Positions 1 to 12,900 of a stretch of DNA of 64,000 bases are shown in pieces (the first letter of the stretch is position 1; the number at the start of each line of letters is the position of its first letter). Below the pieces are notes generated by a model. The model saw only the letters and a program-made list of their open reading frames with translations, did no database searches and had not been told where the DNA came from. The DNA is from Amoebophrya sp. A120. Lineage: Eukaryota > Protista > Dinoflagellata. The stretch is taken from positions 3,561,077 through 3,625,076 of the forward strand of contig CAJINV010000011.1 in the NCBI GenBank assembly GCA_905178155.1. The letters run 5' to 3'. A program made the translations under genes and the position numbers.

Positions 1-3000
1 CGAGAAACTTACGTCGCTGGAGGACTTGCAGTCCGCCGGGGTCTCGATGGCCAAGGGGTTCGAGGAGCCCGCGACAACCTCCATCTGCATCCTCGCAGAC
101 ATCTACATGGTGGCGGGCGCGGTCGGCCGCGAGGTGCAGGTCGAGATCACGCTGGGCACGCAGAGCGCGGAGACCGGCTGGGTCTACCCCAGCTTCGGCG
201 CCGGTAGCGACCCCGCCAGCTCGTCGAGCGCCTCGTCGGCGCAGCAGGTGGAGCAGGACTTCGAGCACCCAACGACCTTCCAGTACACCCAGTCCGAGGG
301 GCGGCCGGCCGTCATCCTGGCTCTGATGCCGGAGGACCCGATTTCCCAACCGGATTGCCTCATCAACGTGTACAGCCGCGGGGTGATGAGCGGGCGGACG
401 CGGTTGGGGTATTGCAAGGTGCCCCTGGCCAAACTGGAAAAGTACGATCCGGGGAACCCGCGCATACCGTTTTTCTTGCCACTGAAACCCATGCCCTGGA
501 ACGGAATGCAGAAACTGCCCGTGTCGTTGCTCATGACTCTGGAGAAAACCTCGGACGAATCCAGCACCAACAACCGACACAATCGGAAGATTGTGAAGAA
601 CATGGCCTACGTTTTGCGGGTCTACCTGTTCGGGGCGAGGCATATCGACTTCGGGGGAAATCAGGTGAAAGGACAATAAGAATATACTCGCTCGTTGTTG
701 TGATTGTCTGGTGCTTCAAGCGAATTCGGATCTAAAATCGCTTGAAGAAATCTTCTTGTTTGTATTACCAGCGCTCTGCTCTTTGATCATCTTGATCTTC
801 TCTTCAAAAACTGCTCCACAGACTAACCCCGCACTGTTCGTGCGCGCTACTTGCGCTGGTGCGAGCACGGAGACCGGTCAAATCGCCGGGGACCTGCGCC
901 CACAATGGATGAGGTGCATGGAGCTGCACATCACTCTGATGACCGATCATCCGAAGAGGCCACCGACGATGGAGCCGATTACCGTGTCACTCTGCAATTA
1001 CGAGGGCATGTTTTCGCAGCCGGTCATTGGCAAGGCGATCTGCAAATACACCTACATGCGGCAGAAAGACGTACTTGGTTACTGACCTCTGTTTGATGTC
1101 ATTGTCAGCATCGTAATGACTATGACATGTCGAAGGTCGTCGTGAGGACTCACAATTTACGGTTCGCTCTTGTTACACACAATGCTGACTCTTGATCTAC
1201 TTCAGTAATGGCTAATAGTAATGGTTATGGTGCTCTGAAGAATAAGAATTCCAGAAGTAGCCGCCCTTATATACCTTTTCGCAAACCGCAGATTCTCGAC
1301 GAATGGGAACCGTACCGGCTGGCGCCGCAGTGGGTGAAACTCTACGGAGGCCAGTACAACACGAAGCCCACGGGAGAAATCTGCTGCGCGTTCGAGCTCT
1401 TGCGCAAGAAAGACGTTCCCGAGCTACCCCAGGCGCGCATGTGGCCCAGGGAGGATCTGTTGTTTCAGCGCAATCTGGATTTCTGCCGGTTGCGGAAGGC
1501 CACCCTCCACGTGAGCGTGCTGGGGCTCCGCGACATGAAGCCGCTCCCGGTCTTCGGGGGGCTCTCTTCCGCCCCGGTGTCGATGCCGACGGTGGAGTTC
1601 AAAGTACGAAAGTTGTTAGAGAACCCGAGAACCACGAAAACGGGGAAAACAATTCACGAGTTCTGGAGCTGCTTCTGCAAGTACATCGCCGACAAACCGA
1701 AGGGGGATCCGAACAACCCGGCGGACAGGAATAAGAAGTGGGAGACCAAAGTGGGCATGAACCATGAGTTCTTCCAGTACCGTCGCATGAACATCATGCT
1801 CCCCGAGGACCCGGTTTTTCAGCCCTGGGTCACGATCAAGGTCGGCGACGTATGGCGCTCTCAAACGTCACATTCTCAACTGTTACATGAATTTGGCATG
1901 CGAAATTGTCATCAGCATCTACGTGATCAAGCAGGTACTCCGCATGACAAACTCCCCAAGGCGGGCTAAGCAGAATTATAATCCGCTTCAAATTTCTTGT
2001 AATGCAGAATGCGCAATCTTCCCGCTTTCACTTTTCCTGTTCTTGCATGACAAATTTATGTAACAGTTGAGAGTGTAACGTTTGAGAACTCCATACGACG
2101 GGCCGACGGGGGGCGTGACCGACATTGCGGAGTGTCGGCTGAACCTGGGTCCGCTGCTCCCCTGGCTGACCGGAAAGTGGGAGCGGGGGCCGGCGCTGGA
2201 GTCTTTCGTCGAAATGGACGAGGAAACGAGAAATCTGCACATTGGGGAGATCCGGTGATTTTTCTTTGTTAATTTTTTTTTTTTTGCTTCACTAGCGGCC
2301 TCAGCTTGTTGTTTCTCGGCTCCTATGACCAATAGAGCAGTAGGTCCCGCGTGCAAGAAACCAGGCAGCTTCTTTTCACGGGGCCGTTCCTATGACAAAT
2401 TCAAATTATGAAAAAAAACAGGAAAAGCGAGCTGGCGCAATCCACTTCCAAGAACACGAATCTGATCGCGCCGCCGAAGAAATATCAAATGCAAAAGTGT
2501 CTGGGTCTGGAAGATTCCGAGATTTGTCATGCAGTTTTTCAAAGCTCCACCAAGTCTGGAATGCAAGGCCTAGCGTCACAGGCTCTGCAGCCCCTTGGCC
2601 ATGCCCATTATGCATGAGAAATGCCCTCTCAGCATGGCGAGAAATGGGGACCTTTTGCAAGGCATGCAACACAGATTTTTGTATGATCCGCAACACGCAT
2701 CACAAGTTGCATTCTTCCAGACCCAGACATTTTTACATTTGATAAGAAAGTGGAAGAGACCATGGACAGCAGCGGCGTGCACATCTTGATCTATGCATTG
2801 CAAAAGGATCGTAGTCCTACTAGTAGAAATCGCATTTACAAATTTCCTCAGCGTGAGAAGTGAAATTTGTAATGCGGATTCACCTTGAGAATTAGTAAAA
2901 TTTGTAGTGCATGACTGCGATTGCTACAGCGACTGCGATTGTTCTGTTACAGTGCATATGATGCGAAAAGCGGCGAAGGAGATTTCCGCCAAGGGCTTTC

Positions 3001-5589
3001 CCGTCAAAACCGCTGCTTTGAACATGAAACTCGGGCACGGCCATGGCCGACCCCAGGTTCTCACCGGGGATCACGCGAATTCCCCGAGTCGCTTGAATCG
3101 CGATCCCGTTGCGGGGCTGCTCGACACGTCGATGCGGGATCGCAACGACATTTTCCTGCGCGCCACGGGCGAAATCCAGCGCGCCGGGGGTTCCGGCGGC
3201 GCGACAAGGGGCGATCTGGAGGGCAGGTTGGAGGACTCCGGGACGGCGCCCTTCGTTAATGACTTCTTCTACAAGTCCCTGCCGTTGACACGAAACCGAG
3301 ATGTGATAACGCAGACGGACATGGAGGCACGCTACGACCCGGGGACGTTTGGCTTCATCAAGTGCGCCATCAAGCTCACCGAGGGCCATTTGGACGAGAT
3401 TATCGGTGACAACATCCACGGTATCGAGTACGAATCGAGTGCGAGCAGTTCTGCGGGCGCGAGCAACGAGCAGGCGCCGAACGACGGGGCCAACAGCAGC
3501 GCGGAGTCGTCATCTAGTTCTGCGGAAGCAGGCGCTGCCGCCGGGCAGGTGGCGGTGAGAGCAGATGGTGCATCTTCTAGCAGCAAAAATCCCCAGGAAG
3601 TCGGGGAAGACGCAGGCGGGGGGGAAGCTCTGCCCACGTCGCCAACAGCTGGATTGAAAAACCTGGACCCGGTGAGCGGAAGGAGGCAAAGTCACGGCAT
3701 CTCACCGATACTCGACGGCTTCGCGTGGGACGAAGACGCACTGCGAGAGAGGTATTGAATACAGTTTGTAGAAGACGCTGAAGCTTTCTTGTGCTTTCAT
3801 CCTAAATAAAACAGACATTTTATTTGAGACCGCCCATGGTAAAAAATGCAGCCCTGCAAGAACACGAGAGATGGTTGTGACATCATGAGTACGACCAAAA
3901 GGGCTGATAATTCCACCCTTCTATAATTCGCCAAGAAAATGAAAAATCGTCTTTTTATCAGGTACAAGAGCTCCGAGCGCGTCCCGAACCGCGTCCGTGC
4001 CCGGCTTTATTTCGTGAAGGGCATTTGCATTTACGGTAAGGCGAGCGGGTTCGCGAACCCGTATCTGGAATTCACACTGGGCAAGGCGATTTTCGTGTCC
4101 ATGCGCAACATGTTTTGCTCGAATACCAATACCCCGACCTTTTACCGGCTCGAGGAGCGCGACATCCGCATGCCGGAAGACTCGCAGCTCGAGATCGAGC
4201 TGAAAGACCACCCGGCGGACGCGGTCATCGGTTCCACCTGCATTGATTTGGAAGACCGGTGGCACAGCGACACGTGGCGGTCTCTCGAGATGGTTCCCTC
4301 CGAGAATCGGGGGCTGTGGACCCTGGAAAACGTGGGGATGAGCCGGGGTTCGCTCAATTGCTGGGTCGAGCTACTCGACTCCGTCAAATCCTCCGAGCAG
4401 AAGGCGTCCACCCTCCGCGCGCCGCCCGCCCAGGAAATCGAGATTCGCGTAGTCATCTGGGACACGAAGGCCATTCGCATCGTCGACGACGATCACACAG
4501 ACGTCACGCTGACCGCCAACCTGGATTGCGCGGAATATTTTGGGGAGTACCCGAGTATTCAAGATACGGATGTGCACTACGGGTCAAAGTCGGGCGACGC
4601 GGTGTTTAATTGGCGTGTTGTCTACCCCCACATCCGCATGCCGACGAAAAGTTGCACCCTGCAAATATCTATGCATGGCAAAGGTATCGTACTACGTAGT
4701 GATCGCATTACTACAAATTTGCCCTGTGTGAGAAATGGAATTTGTCATGCTGTTTTACCTTGGGATGTAGATTTGTAATGCTGCACGCTTGCGATAATTA
4801 CTACGAGTAGGAGAACGATACTTTTGCAATGCATAACATCCGTGTTTGACTACAACATGATGAGCGGGAACGTGTTCATCGCGGACGTAAATCTGGACCT
4901 GAAGAAGTACCTGGAGAAGGTCGCGCGCGATATGGACAGCATCGAGGTGAATAGTGATCTGGACTATGCAAAGTAAATTTCCTGTTCCTGTACATGTACA
5001 ACTACAAGTGCGGTTTCTGCATGACAAAATTTTCTTTCAATTCTATTCAGCATGACAAGTGGCATGCTCGTCCAAGTTGGTGACATTTGTGATGCATTTC
5101 GTACATGTACAGAAAATTTCTATTGCATATGGAGTTCAAAAACGCGAGTTTCACCGAAGAAAACCCAGACGTCGGCCTCGGGTCAGTGAACATCAGCATG
5201 TGGGTCTTGATATGCTCTGCAAAAGTGTCGTACCCGTAGTAATTGCTGTTATACATGACAAATCTCCTTCCTAAGGTAAAACAGCATGACAAATTTCATA
5301 TTATGTGACGCTATTAAGCAAATTTGTAATGCGATTACTACTAGCGCGATACTTGTGCAATGCATAGTTGACCCAGTCCGAAGCGGACGCGATGCCGGTG
5401 GGGTTGGCTCGGAACGAACCCAACGTGAACCCGCAGCTGATCACGCCGCTGGAGGGCCGTGGTTGGGGCGACGTGCTGGGGGGCTTCTCGTTCAAAATGC
5501 CGAATTTTGGTTTGCTAGGGAAGTTGATGCCCGTGATCATCGTGTCGTTCGCCATGATGATCGGATTTCGGTACATCGGACTGCTCTAG
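1..5589 (+). CDS. Ferlin-family multi-C2-domain tail-anchored protein, 3' part (5' end outside window)
   Basis: Reconstructed exons <1-664, 822-1070, 1292-1850, 2101-2254, 2422-2482, 2750-2791, 2964-3751, 3962-4669, 4841-4964, 5135-5210, 5372-5589. There are four GT-AG introns (665-821, 1071-1291, 2255-2421, 3752-3961) and six TIR introns. Ferlin C-terminal motifs are IGSTCIDLEDRW, EIRVVIWDT, QDTDVHY..G.AVFNWRVVY and VLTQSEADAMPVGLARNEPN, followed by a terminal TM helix (LMPVIIVSFAMMIGF). Confidence 0.9.
1851..2095. mobile_element. TIR introner, family C (TATGG.GTTCTCAAACGTTAC)
   Basis: ~50-bp TIR; perfect TSD CGACG (1846-1850 / 2096-2100); removal gives KVGD-GPTGG. Confidence 0.92.
2483..2744. 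mobile_element. TIR introner, family B (TATCAAATG.AAAA.TGTCTGGGTCTGGAAG), inverted relative to the other B copies
   Basis: Perfect TSD AGAAA (2478-2482 / 2745-2749); removal gives PPKK-VEET. Confidence 0.92.
2792..2958. mobile_element. TIR introner, family A (TATGCATTGCAAAAGTATCGTACT)
   Basis: TSD TGATC/TGATG; removal gives HIL(I/M)-RKAAKE. Confidence 0.85.
4670..4835. mobile_element. TIR introner, family A
   Basis: TSD ATATC/ACATC; removal gives LQIS-VFDYN (C2 strand). Confidence 0.88.
4965..5129. mobile_element. TIR introner, family G (TATGCA..GTAAATTTCC..TGTACATGTAC)
   Basis: TSD TGGAC/TGGAG; removal gives SDL(D/E)-FKNAS. Confidence 0.85.
5211..5366. mobile_element. TIR introner, family A
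   Basis: TSD CTTGA/GTTGA; removal gives MWVL-TQSEADA (conserved ferlin motif). Confidence 0.88.
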
Positions 5590-6960
5590 GAAATGAAAAT
5601 TATGGGCGTCAGGACGAGAAGGAGAACTTACTACGCCCGGCGGGCAGAAACGGGTTGAGAAAAATCATTCTGCGGCCGTCGTCGGATGGAGTCTGGTCAC
5701 GGATCATATGTTTCACCCTGAGTACCTACTTTCTACGCGCTGAACCTATCACTTTTTTCGTTTTTTCTGCGGAATGCTTTCATCAAAACTTTCACTTTCA
5801 CTTGTACATCACATTCTTTGTTTTTCACTTTCGAGATGCTTTCAATAGGCACTAGCAACTAAAAACCAATACTTTGACAACTTCTATGCTTTCGCTGTGG
5901 AGGTCCAGGAAGACCTGGATTCGGATTTTGCAGCTCTGGACGAAAAATACTTTTTTGGATTTTCAAGCGCTTTTCGGTATCGTATCGTATCGTATGAAGA
6001 GTATAGAAGGAACACGCGCAGACGCATTTTACAAAAGAAAAAAGAAAGCAAAGGTCGTGCATGGAGGTCGTGCGATAAGCAGTCCCAGTCGCCAAGGATA
6101 CGACCTCGGCGTTGCTTAAGATTCGCTTTAGTTGCTGTTTCGCGACTCGGTTGTCGGTATTTTCATCGATTCAAGGTCGGTCTTGACTTAGCATCAGCTC
6201 TACCTCGGTTGCATCGTCCTTCTTGTGCTGTCTTCTGTCGTATGAAGTCTGAATTCGTACAAAACTTCGTGCGTTTTGGTTTTGCCGCCCCGTTGGCAGC
6301 CAAGTCGTACACCTATCATGTCGTTCAGCAACCATAACGCTTGAAATTCAATCTAACGTAAGAGTCGGTGCAGCTTCGTCGTCTTTGATTCGGTAGGTAA
6401 GTAGACTGGTTTCGTTTTCGTCCGTCACGCTCACGTCGCTTCTTCAGCCGCTTTGATACAAGTGTCTTGCGTACTTTCGATCGCTCCCAAAACACACTAC
6501 AAAAATCAGGGTCTTTTACGGACACCCACCCTCAATAGATATCTCTAGTAAGTAGAAGTACCCAAAAATGGCAGTTGTTAGTATACCCCCCTTCTAGTGG
6601 CACCTGAAATTTTACGTTACATATGTTTGTCTTTCACTTTCATCATTTTCGACAAAGGAGGACGTAAGATGCCTCAAATGTTATGACTTCCAACATGATC
6701 CAGGAAGATTATCGAGGCGGATGATCACGAGCAGACCCTCGTGACGAATGCTTGGTTCCTTCCGCGATCATGACTCCTTTTCTGCTAAAGGAGAACTTCT
6801 TCTTCGAAGCACGACTATGACTTTCACCTTGCACCAAATCGGACGGGACGAGGAATCGGCGCCAAGTTAAATCAAACAAAGAACAAGCGTAAAAGCTTAA
6901 GCTTTGACTTCACCTCCGCCAGCAGAACAACACTACCCCGGAGCAGAAGCTCGACCCATC

Positions 6961-9900
6961 ATGATCCCCTTCCAAGTCGAGCGTTTTTCCCTGGAGGGTA
7001 GCAGGGAGAATTGGAAAAAAACCAACCATCCCTTGCTGGAGAATGCCGACGAGAAAGACCTAAAGCTCGCCATCGTCCTTCACTTCGAGATCATTTCCCA
7101 CAAGGCCAAGAAGAAAAAGTGCTGCAAATGTGTGGGAAAGTGCGAAACAAAACTCTGTGCCAGCTGGCGGAAAAACAAGAACAATACAACAGCGAACAAA
7201 AGCACCTCCGATTTTTTCCACTTTGAGTCGGAATTTCACTCCTTACCTTTGAGCAACGACGCGGCGGTCCGGGGCACGCGGATCAGCAAGGCGGCTAGCA
7301 TCGTGAATAACCGGTCGACCGCAAACAGCCTGGCGAGCGAGGATTCCGATGTGGAAAACAATAACCGAGACTCGTCCGGCGCGACAGAAACGTCAGGGCT
7401 GGAGGAGCTGCGGCTGGTATCTTCCCGGGCGAGCGGAGAGTCCGAAACCTCGGAGATGCTGGGGATAATGGAGTGGAGCCGGGACCATTTAGGTGCCAAG
7501 CCGATGACCTTCATCGCGCGGAAGACAGCCAAGGTGAAGGTAAAAATCTACGTGATCGCAGACCGCGCGGACCAGAAGCCCGCGCACGGGAACCACCAGG
7601 AGGAGTTCGCGGTGCTGGCGTCCTTCGAGGCGACTTCGGACGCGAAGACGGCGGAAGGATTTCTCCAGATCAAAGAAGTCCCCCTCCCGGTCGCGGAAAG
7701 GAAAAACTATCGGAACAAGTCTTCCGGGCAGCGAGGTGGAATGATTTTTCCCAAACCGGTCCCGCAGGTCTATTTATCGCACTCGAAAACCGTGGTCGCA
7801 CACCACGCGGAGAAGCACAGCCGGAGCATCGTGGACCTGGTACAGGGCCGCCCCGTGCAACAACTACGCGGGGCGGGAGGTCTTACAGGTAACCCGACCG
7901 GGGTAACGGGGCGTCTGGATAGCAAAGCCACACCTGATAGCAAGGGTGGGGAGAGCAACGACGCGGAAATAACCGGTGGCACGGCCACTTCCAAAGAGTC
8001 GTCCGGTGCAGCTGACCGAGCAGGGCCAAATGCTAGTGGTGGAGACGAAGGTGGTATCAAATCAAAGCAGGTACAACTACCACAACGTCTAGACCGTGAA
8101 ATGACATCCGATTCCGTGCCCACGAAATTGAGCACCAACACGCGGGCCGCGATATTGGAGGATGAGGACGATTATGAAGGAACTTTTGAACTGACAATAC
8201 AAGACACACCAGAAGATAACCGCGATGAAGTAGGAAAAAGTCGCGAAACGACTGAAAAGGGTAGAGAGACAGGCACAGCATCCATTGCGACAGACAAGAA
8301 AGACGACGCAGGTGAAGAAGGACAAGAACCCGCAGCGGCGGCTGCAGTGGTTGCCCAACAGGCTGTGATGTCCAAGAAGTCCGCAAGTGCAAGTGGAGCT
8401 ACTGTTCCAGCCTCAACACCTGCGCCCTCTAATACTGGAGCTGTTCTTGCCGTTGAAAATAGTGCGTCTTCTAAGTCTGCCACGACCACCACCTCCCCAA
8501 CAGCAGCTCCTATCGACCAGAAAATCCTCAACACTGTTCTGACCGGGATGGAGTTTAGCCTATACCTGACCCAGTCGCCCGCCGGGAAACCGCAGGTGAT
8601 GAAAGCCAAGAACTACCGGCCACGGGAACTCTACTCGTCGAACGGGCAACTGCTGGAGCGGTCCGAGTGGAAGTTTTCTTCGCGGGTTTACACGAACGAG
8701 TGGCCCAGCGCCTCGGACGCGCTGCCGCTCGAATTGCTGCGGAACCGGGAGGAGCACCACGTGGTCCACATGATCGAACGCGAGCTGAAAATGGATTGTG
8801 TTGCGATGCACAACACGATTTTCCCCCAGGGTCTGTCCCGCGAGTGGTACCGCGCGATCTTGTACAGCGAAAGGGAATTATCCGAGCACGGCATGGGCGG
8901 GCAGCACACGGCTTCTAATCGACTACCAGCGAATTCCGCCGGCCTACAGAGATCGCCGTCGCGGGATGGCCACGGGCTGGCAGTGAAAAAAACCAAAGCC
9001 GGTGCGCCAGGAAGTAGTCCTCCTGACAACGCGAGTACTTCCCGAGACAGTAGTAGAAATAAAGCCGGCACGACCGGACGAGGGTCTTCGCCGGGTGCAG
9101 CTGGTGACAATGAGCAGGATCTGTTCGAATACAACAATTCCGACTCCGAATCGTCCAGTTCTAGCAGCAGTTCGGACGAGGGTGACGAGGACATGGTACA
9201 CGTCGAGGAAAAACTCCGCCATTCGCGGAACGTGCTGCAAAAAGCGATCGCCACGGTGCAATCCGGCGGGCACCGGCTGCTGGGCACGTTTAAATTGAAA
9301 CATACACTACAGAATAGAAGCTCTTCTAGAGCTGCGGCTTCCTCCTCCTCCCCGCAGGCTGGTCCGCACACCTTTTTCTTCGACACGCACGATGGGTCGC
9401 GGTCGCAGGGGATGGCGAGTATGTTTCTCTTCCGGTCGGCGAGCTTCAAAAAAGCCGGGGAGATGAACAATGCGGACGATCTGGTCGGGGCGGAACTCAC
9501 GGTCTCGGAAAAGCGGCACGTGGAAGACATGCTGTTGAACTTCATCGGCTTGAACGCAAAGCACTACCGCCACCGGCACTCCAAAGCAGTCGGAAGCACC
9601 ACCCAAGGGGTGTCGGATGTTACGGTGTTGCCGATTTTCACCTCGACGACGGTTAATACGGCAAATGATAGTGCGGAGATGTCGAACCAAGCTGTTGCAA
9701 GCCAGCAGGCCGCAATTATCTCCGATCCTGGTAAAGATAGTAGCACTGTCAGCCCCGCCACTATCGGTGGCGGAGCGACGTTGCCGGTCGGTGCGCAAAT
9801 CCTCGCGAGTGGCGATCTTCAAGAGAATAAAGCCGGCGCTGTTCCATCTATAGCAGTTTATTCGCCCAGTAGTGCCGCGGCCTTCGGCGCAACTTGTCTG

Positions 9901-12900
9901 GATGAAGATTTCTGCGTGAAGCTCTCTTTCTGCCGTCCAAACGAAATTCGGGGAAATCCCACCCTGTATCGGACTCTGGTTCCCTACGAACAGCCCATTC
10001 TGACGAAGAAGCTGAAGCTGCAACACAACCAGCACGGCGTGCAGCACCTGATGCGCGTGATGTTCTGGAAACGCCTCCATTTCCTCACTGCCTACTGCGG
10101 GGTGTTCTGCGTCTCGGGGGCCGACCACAAAGTGGACCCCTGGCCCTACCCGCTGGCGTCCATTTGGTGCCATGGGGGCCGGATATTGCTGCGACTCGAA
10201 AACATCCCCGCGCGCGAGCTGTTGTTCTACCTGTTCACCGGTATCCGCGTGCCCCGGGGGTCGGCTACAACATCAAGTAGCCACGTTGTGGATGACTTCA
10301 AAAAATCGCTTCGTGGCTCCATGTCCATGCGACCCTCCGCGAAACGTCAGACGACAGCAACGACCCTTCTGCCCCCGACCGGCAACAACAAGTCGCAATC
10401 CAAAGTCGTCGAACAACAAGCACTTCTACCAAAGCGGGGGCCCGTTAGTACAGCGACTCAACAACACCTGAACCTCGTGTCCGCGAGCATTCTGCAGAAG
10501 CGCACGCCTCTGCAAAAGCGACTGGCGGCGACCCACGGTGTCGGCGTGAAAGGGCACAACGAGGAGGCGGAGCTGGTGGAAAAAAAGCTGCACGCCACCA
10601 GCTTAGCCGACACCGCGCACAATCTCGCCGATGGGGTGTCCGGGCACCATTTAGGTCTGAACTTTTCCTGGTGCGGGGTCGGCTCCCCGCTGCCCTTCGG
10701 CCCGCCCAGCGGCATTCCGCGGCCGGAGCCGCCGCTGGAAAAGCTATGGAACCAGCTGTCGACGTTAATCCAGAAGTTGACGGACAATCGGGACTTGTTC
10801 CCCGACAGCGTGCAGAGCACCGCCCAGACCACCGGCAACGCCGATCGCGCTACCGTGTTGAGTAGTCGAGCCGCGGTTGGGGGGTCGACGATAATATCCA
10901 CAGGGACTACATCGGGCGCCGCGACATCGTCGAGCAAGAAAGTTCTTTCGAATAAAATACCCCCAAACGAGGAGTTGAAGCAGCTCTACATCCAGCCGAT
11001 TGTTACCTCCGATCAGCGGGATTTGGAAAAATTACATTTCACGCCGGAACGGCAGCAGTTGGCCGAGGAAATTCTAAAAACCTCCATTGACGAGGCGAGT
11101 CTGCAGCATTTGCTCGACCGCGCCACCAGCCGCGGATTCGCGGCCCGGAATGTGCTGGAGCTGCTCCGGTTGGAGATAGCTCATTTAAAACGCTTATTGC
11201 ACGCGCTGCACGTCGCCCAGGCCGCGTCCTCGCTGCAACCGCTGGGCGAGGAGGTGCTGCGCTCCCTGGCGGTGCTGGGCGTTTTGCAGGTGAATACCAG
11301 TGTGGAAAAAGCGGAGGCGATGCGGTACGTCGAGGCGTTTTTGCTGATCCGCATGTATTTGTTCACCCGCTTGTCGCACCTGCAGCGCTTCGTGGGGATT
11401 GCGGGGCAGGCGATCAGCTACAACTTTCACCACTTGCACCAAAGCCCGCACTTCCAGAGCGACAAAAAGGTGGTCTTTTCCCATCTGTACGTGCGCGTGG
11501 ACGACTTTGGCGCTGCGCACCAAGCGAAAGCGAAAACTACTGTCTCGTCCCAACAAGTATCTTCGGGCACTAGCATTGAGCTGCCTGGCGGAATGAGTGT
11601 TGCGGATCACCCTTTCATCTTTGACCCACGGTATTCCGCTGCAGAAGCGACGGGGGTTCCCGACGCCGCGAGGGGTAGAAGTACTGCTGCTGCTTCTTCG
11701 CGAAAACACACAGATGTCAAAAAGAGCGGGGTCGCCATGGCAGGTGCTGTAGACCCGCCGATGTTGGTGGACCCTTCGACCGGAAGAGACAACCTCACCT
11801 TCAAAAGCTACGATTTGGAGCTGTATGAGCACTTGAATCCCTTCAAACAGGAACTGCACCATCAGGATATTCAGGAGTCTCATCCACACGTCGTCCGACC
11901 GGAGCATTTGAGCGGCGTCCAATACAAACCCCGGTCCAAGAAGCCCCGACGGTCCAAGTGGCGCCGCTTGTCGGATTTCCTCCACCGTGCGACCCTCGCG
12001 GCCACCGGGAAGAATTTTTCGCGCCAGGGAACGACTGACAGTGTGAGTAGTCAGGCCTCGTCGGAGGAGGGGAATAACTCTCTGAGCGGTGCGGCCGGGA
12101 AGAAGAGGAGTCTTTTCAATGCGAACATCAATGCGAATAAACAACCCACTGCACCAGCTGCGGGGGAACGAGGCACAGCAGGCAAGGTTCGGAGTAAGCT
12201 GATCACAACGGAGAAACAATTAAACTTCGCGAAAGCGACCCTGCAAGTGCCCAAGAGCGAGGCGTGCATTCGGCAGCCGCGCCTGCGCAGCGTCGGGGTG
12301 GAGCACATGCGATATTGTTTAGGGTTTAACGACGCCGAGCGGGAGTGGATAGCGACTTGTTTGGAAAGCTTTGGCACTCGTTTTGGTGCTGCTGCAAATA
12401 GCCTGTTGCAAGAGCAGCCGCAACCGATCCAGATAGTGGGGAGAACACCTTCGCGGGAACTCCAGGGAGGTGCAACAACGACGAGTAATTACATGCAGAA
12501 CTCAGAGCAGCTGCAAACGAGTCCGAGTGTATTTAAGGATCGTCACGACGTCTCCACAGCTTCTGCTTCCAGCGCGGGCGCGAGTGATCTCAGCGGAACC
12601 CACCAACTCGACAATAGTAAATCGCTTCCCATCTTGGAGGTGAATCAGCCCGCGCCGCCGAGCTTCGAAGCCTTCCGGTACGTGTTGGCGTCTTGCAGGA
12701 AGCTCGAGCGCGCGTTCACTCGCACCGCTTACCAGGTCCCGCAAGCGTCGAAAGAGGGGCAGCACTTGCTGCGAAAGCGCAACATTCTGCAGTCGGCGAG
12801 CAACTGCGAAGAGGAGCGACATTTGTACGGCCAGCTGCTGGCTGGCACCGCGGGTCTGGTGGTCAGGACGCCAAGTGAGAACAATGGCAGAAACATCAAA